The notes below the pieces were generated by a model. That model was given only the letters and a program-made list of their open reading frames with translations, did no database searches and was not told the origin of the DNA. From Coleofasciculus sp. B1-GNL1-01 (GTDB lineage Bacteria; Cyanobacteriota; Cyanobacteriia; Cyanobacteriales; Coleofasciculaceae), in the NCBI GenBank assembly GCA_040220235.1, contig JAVJTO010000061.1: a DNA stretch of 19,856 nucleotides, one strand, 5' to 3'. The translations under genes were made by a program, and so were the position numbers. Numbering within the stretch: position 1 is the stretch's first letter; every line of letters starts with the position of its first letter. Positions 16,272-19,856 of the stretch are shown here, in pieces.

Positions 16272-17399
16272 CTACATAATTGATAAAACATACTCGCCTT
16301 CATTAACCGCATAATTCTTAGCAACGCTAAACACCAAACCATCGGATTCAGCCTGAACGTCAATTATTTGAGGTAAATCCCCTTCTCGATTAAAACTCAG
16401 TAATTGATACAAAGGCTGCTCGACTTGAATTTGACTGCCCAACGGAACTCGTGATTGAATCATCCCCCCGACTGGAGCGTAGTACGGCTTAATTTGGCTT
16501 TTTATGGTAAACTTAACCGATTGATCAGTGGTGTTGTCTAGGGGCAAATCTGGACAATCGAGCAGTTGTTTTTGTGCCAGATAATTTTTGATCCCCAGCA
16601 CTCCTTTTTTTACCGAGTCGGGATTCATTTCCATCCCTGAACCCAGTTCCAATGTCCAAGACTCAACATCAAACTGAATCGCTTTACCAAAGGCGGCTAA
16701 TTGCTTCTCCAATGCCAACCACGGCTTCATAAAGGCTTCGTCAAAGGCATCGCCGTCATATTCATTCATTAAAATTCCGCGATCCAAGAGAAAAGCTTTG
16801 GCACTTTCCTCACGACTCTGAAAACAATACAAATAATCGATCGCCTGATTTGTGGAACTATGAATATCAATCACATAGTTGGCATCTAAACAAAGGGATT
16901 GTAGCTGATAGCGATAGCGTTCACTAAAAGGAAGTCCGCTAGAAGAATTTAGTTTATTCCTGTGTTGTTCAAAGCTAGCTTGAATGCGTGCTAAATAATT
17001 TTTGCGGATTTCTTCAGGAGAGTAATGTATCTGAACTTCAGCAAACTTAGCTAAATCCTCTTCTTCTTTTTCGTAGTCCCAAAATATCCGATTCCAATCT
17101 TTGCCATCGTAGGGATTGAAGCGCCCAGTGGCAAAGAAATGATTCCGCTGATTAGTGCCGATGGGATTACAGACAGGAACCAGCCAAATTTCTCCAGTGA
17201 GTTGGTTGTCCTCTACGTGGCTGAAAAATTCAATAAGTTGGTGAATAACAGCATTGCCAACAATTTCTGAACCATGGAGATTGGCTTGAATGTATGCCTT
17301 TTTCCCAGGATTAGCGCCAATAAACTTATAGACTGGGATAGAAAGGCGATCGCCTGAGGCGAGATGCTGAATCGGAATTGTGGTAATCGTGGGAACCAT
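16272..17399 (-). CDS. Succinylglutamate desuccinylase/aspartoacylase (AstE/AspA, M14-like Zn hydrolase) family protein
   Basis: QANLHGSE (HxxE), DWNR, DIHSS, TLELG motifs and a C-terminal barrel-like APVGG segment. Confidence 0.88.
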   Translation of the reverse strand: MVPTITTIPIQHLASGDRLSIPVYKFIGANPGKKAYIQANLHGSEIVGNAVIHQLIEFFSHVEDNQLTGEIWLVPVCNPIGTNQRNHFFATGRFNPYDGKDWNRIFWDYEKEEEDLAKFAEVQIHYSPEEIRKNYLARIQASFEQHRNKLNSSSGLPFSERYRYQLQSLCLDANYVIDIHSSTNQAIDYLYCFQSREESAKAFLLDRGILMNEYDGDAFDEAFMKPWLALEKQLAAFGKAIQFDVESWTLELGSGMEMNPDSVKKGVLGIKNYLAQKQLLDCPDLPLDNTTDQSVKFTIKSQIKPYYAPVGGMIQSRVPLGSQIQVEQPLYQLLSFNREGDLPQIIDVQAESDGLVFSVAKNYAVNEGEYVLSIM

Positions 17400-17501
17400 A
17401 GCGATTGGGTACAGGACAGTAGGAGGGCTAGGGTATAGGATGGGCGCAGACAGCTAAATCGTTGCTAACATAAGAATCTTAATGGCATCATCTCGATCAT
17501 T

Positions 17502-18596
17502 ATGGGCAATAGTTTCGGGCATCTGTTTCGGATTACGACTTACGGGGAATCCCACGGCGGCGGTGTCGGTGTGGTGATTGATGGATGTCCACCCCAACTG
17601 GAGATTTCCGCCGCAGAGATTCAGTTTGAACTCGATCGCAGGCGTCCGGGACAAAGCAAGATTACCACCCCGCGCAAGGAAACCGATACCTGTGAAATTC
17701 TCTCAGGCGTCTTTGAAGGAAAAACCTTGGGTACTTCCATTTCTATCTTTGTCCCCAACAAAGATACCCGCCCCCAAGATTACTCAGAGATGGCGGTCAA
17801 ATATCGCCCATCCCACGCCGATGCCACCTATGATGCTAAATATGGGATTCGCAATTGGCAGGGCGGTGGACGTTCCTCCGCACGGGAAACCATTGGTCGA
17901 GTTGCAGCGGGTGCGATCGCCAAAAAAATCCTTAAACAGGTTGCCAATGTGGACATCGTTGGCTATGTTAAACGCATTCATGATTTGGAAGGCATCGTTG
18001 ATCCCCACACCATCACCCTGGAACAGGTTGAAAGTAATATCGTCCGTTGTCCTGATAGTGAATGCGCCCAACGAATGATAGAAAAAATCGAGTTAATCCG
18101 GCGTGAAGGGGATTCCATTGGTGGGGTAGTCGAATGTGTTGCCCGCAATGTGCCAAAAGGACTAGGAGAACCCGTCTTTGATAAGCTAGAAGCAGATCTC
18201 GCCAAAGGGGTGATGTCTCTACCCGCTAGCAAAGGCTTTGAGATTGGGTCTGGCTTTGCCGGAACCTTACTCACGGGTTCTGAACATAATGATGAATTCT
18301 ATCTCGATGATACGGGAACGGTGCGGACGACAACCAACCGTTCTGGCGGCATTCAGGGAGGTATCACAAACGGAGAATCGATTATTTTGCGAGTGGCGTT
18401 TAAGCCCACTGCTACTATACGAAAAGAACAGCGTACAGTGACCAGTACAGGTGAAGAAACAATATTAGCAGCCAAAGGGCGTCACGACCCTTGCGTCTTG
18501 CCCAGGGCTGTGCCTATGGTAGAAGCAATGGTCGCCTTAGTATTATGTGATCACCTACTGCGTCATCAGGGTCAGTGCCATACATTAAAGCCTTAA
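17502..18596 (+). CDS. aroC: Chorismate synthase
   Basis: GESHG, RPSHAD, RSSARET, SGGIQGG, GRHDPCV motifs. Confidence 0.98.
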   Translation: MGNSFGHLFRITTYGESHGGGVGVVIDGCPPQLEISAAEIQFELDRRRPGQSKITTPRKETDTCEILSGVFEGKTLGTSISIFVPNKDTRPQDYSEMAVKYRPSHADATYDAKYGIRNWQGGGRSSARETIGRVAAGAIAKKILKQVANVDIVGYVKRIHDLEGIVDPHTITLEQVESNIVRCPDSECAQRMIEKIELIRREGDSIGGVVECVARNVPKGLGEPVFDKLEADLAKGVMSLPASKGFEIGSGFAGTLLTGSEHNDEFYLDDTGTVRTTTNRSGGIQGGITNGESIILRVAFKPTATIRKEQRTVTSTGEETILAAKGRHDPCVLPRAVPMVEAMVALVLCDHLLRHQGQCHTLKP

Positions 18597-18603
18597 AATT
18601 CCG

Positions 18604-19452
18604 ATGGAAAGCAGTCCTTCCTCTGAGTTCGTTGTCCAATTCTGGGGCGTGCGGGGTAGTATTCCCTCCCCTGGCAAAGAAACCATTCGCTACGGCGGTA
18701 ACACCTCCTGTGTGGAGATGCGTATCGCTGACAAACGCCTAATTTTTGATGGGGGTACCGGTATCCGGATGCTGGGTAAGAATCTCAAGCCCCAACTCCC
18801 CATTGAAGCCTATTGGTTTTTTACCCATTATCACTGGGATCATATTCAAGGCGTACCCTTTTTTGACCCCGCCTTTTTGGAGGGGAATCTGTTGCATATT
18901 CATGGCGCTGCACCGGATGGAGTGTCAATGCAACAGCATTTCAAAGAACGGGTATTGCATTTGAATTCCCCGGTTCCGAAACGAGAGATCCAGGCAGATT
19001 TGAAATTCTATGACTTAATCTGTGGCGATACCATGACCCTAGGGGATATTACGATTGAAACCAGTCCCCTAAATCATCCCAACGGGGCAATGGGCTATCG
19101 GGTAACATGGCAAGGACGTTCGGCGGTCTACTGCACCGATACCGAACATTATCCGGATCACTTGGATGAAAATGTACTGCATCTAGCCCGTGATGCGGAT
19201 ATCCTGATTTACGATGCCATGTACACTGACCAAGAATACCACAATCCCAAGTCGCCTAAGGTGGGTTGGGGACATTCAACCTGGCAAGAAGGGGTAAAAC
19301 TCGCCAAAGCTGCTAAGGTTAAACAACTGGCGATTTTTCACCACGAACCGAATCATTCCGATGATATGCTCGATGAAATTGCCATCGAGGTGCAAAGCGC
19401 TTGTGAAGGGTCGTTTTTGGCAAAGGAAGGACTAATCATTCCGCTCATTTAG
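18604..19452 (+). CDS. MBL-fold metallo-hydrolase (RNase Z/phosphodiesterase-like)
   Basis: FWGVRGS, YGGNTSC, THYHWDH (HxHxDH), LNHP, TDTE, WGHS, FHHEP; starts 7 bp after the aroC stop. Confidence 0.9.
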   Translation: MESSPSSEFVVQFWGVRGSIPSPGKETIRYGGNTSCVEMRIADKRLIFDGGTGIRMLGKNLKPQLPIEAYWFFTHYHWDHIQGVPFFDPAFLEGNLLHIHGAAPDGVSMQQHFKERVLHLNSPVPKREIQADLKFYDLICGDTMTLGDITIETSPLNHPNGAMGYRVTWQGRSAVYCTDTEHYPDHLDENVLHLARDADILIYDAMYTDQEYHNPKSPKVGWGHSTWQEGVKLAKAAKVKQLAIFHHEPNHSDDMLDEIAIEVQSACEGSFLAKEGLIIPLI

Positions 19453-19738
19453 AACACCAGTCCAGTCATCGAAATCAATGCTAGAACTACAGCTTCTGTA
19501 AAGCCAACTGTGCATCCTGTGCGGCTAAAGAATGTCCCTTGAATGGGACTATCAATTCGCCTGTGTTGATGTGCGACAGCTTGAAACTCCTCGATGCCGT
19601 TCCGTTGGGATACTGGATTGCTTCACCAGGGAAGTGTTTGCTATAACCCACATTCCACCCTTACAGCGCTGGCTCTCCCGTACTTAGGGTGATAATAAAG
19701 TCTTATGAATTAAGTCAAAGTCCCACGGTGTAATGCTT

Positions 19739-19767
19739 GTAGGTTGGGTTGACGAAGGAAACCCAAC
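19739..19767 (+). repeat. GTAG-type REP-like hairpin
   Basis: GTAGGTTGGGTTGACGAAGGAAACCCAAC, with stem GTTGGGTT/AACCCAAC. Confidence 0.8.
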
Positions 19768-19856
19768 TAATTAAGCGATTAAGCTAGGTTTTCTTCAAAT
19801 CAAGCCAATCGCTACACATATAAGGAAAATTTATCACCTTATGTACGGGAGAGCCA

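Larger units (their letters stand above)
88..17920. repeat. HIP1 octamer GCGATCGC, dispersed
   Basis: Seen at 88, 678, 1104, 2485, 4950, 5560, 6779, 7245, 8874, 12058, 13089, 14066, 14683, 15565, 17346 and 17913 (manual count, may be incomplete). Confidence 0.9.

Noticed and set aside
372..18964. Short ORFs overlapping the large genes (e.g. 372-650, 7761-8072, 9029-9352, 13194-13586, 17578-18078, 17978-18274)
   Set aside because: Antisense or alternative-frame shadows of well-supported genes, with no recognisable motifs.

Overview
Chromosomal window of a cyanobacterium, probably filamentous (inference). Support: about 16 HIP1 octamers GCGATCGC, heptamer tandem repeats, many GTAG-type REP-like hairpins, three Uma2 genes, and the conserved rbcR/ycf30 - nnrU/Z-ISO - trxC - ndhF1 - ndhD1 block. 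The right two-thirds is mostly housekeeping: LysR regulator, Z-ISO-like protein, TrxC, NdhF1, NdhD1, a small exported protein, era, an AstE/AspA-family peptidase, aroC and an MBL-fold hydrolase. The left 6.6 kb is the most interesting part. Three co-directional minus-strand genes encode a PLP alpha-oxoamine synthase (SPT-like, with atypical motifs), a YghO/bCerS-type GNAT acyltransferase and an extended SDR reductase. This matches the condense / N-acylate / reduce logic of bacterial ceramide (or capnine-type aminolipid) synthesis, which is not part of the textbook cyanobacterial lipid set. The cluster appears split by three Uma2 genes interleaved with REP-like hairpins and a MITE. Other observations are several MITEs (one with a 6-bp target duplication), an array of 8-2-8 hairpins with covarying stems, start codons embedded in heptamer repeats, and an unannotated small hydrophobic ORF divergent from the SPT-like gene. 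All family assignments come from motif recognition by eye; no database searches were run.
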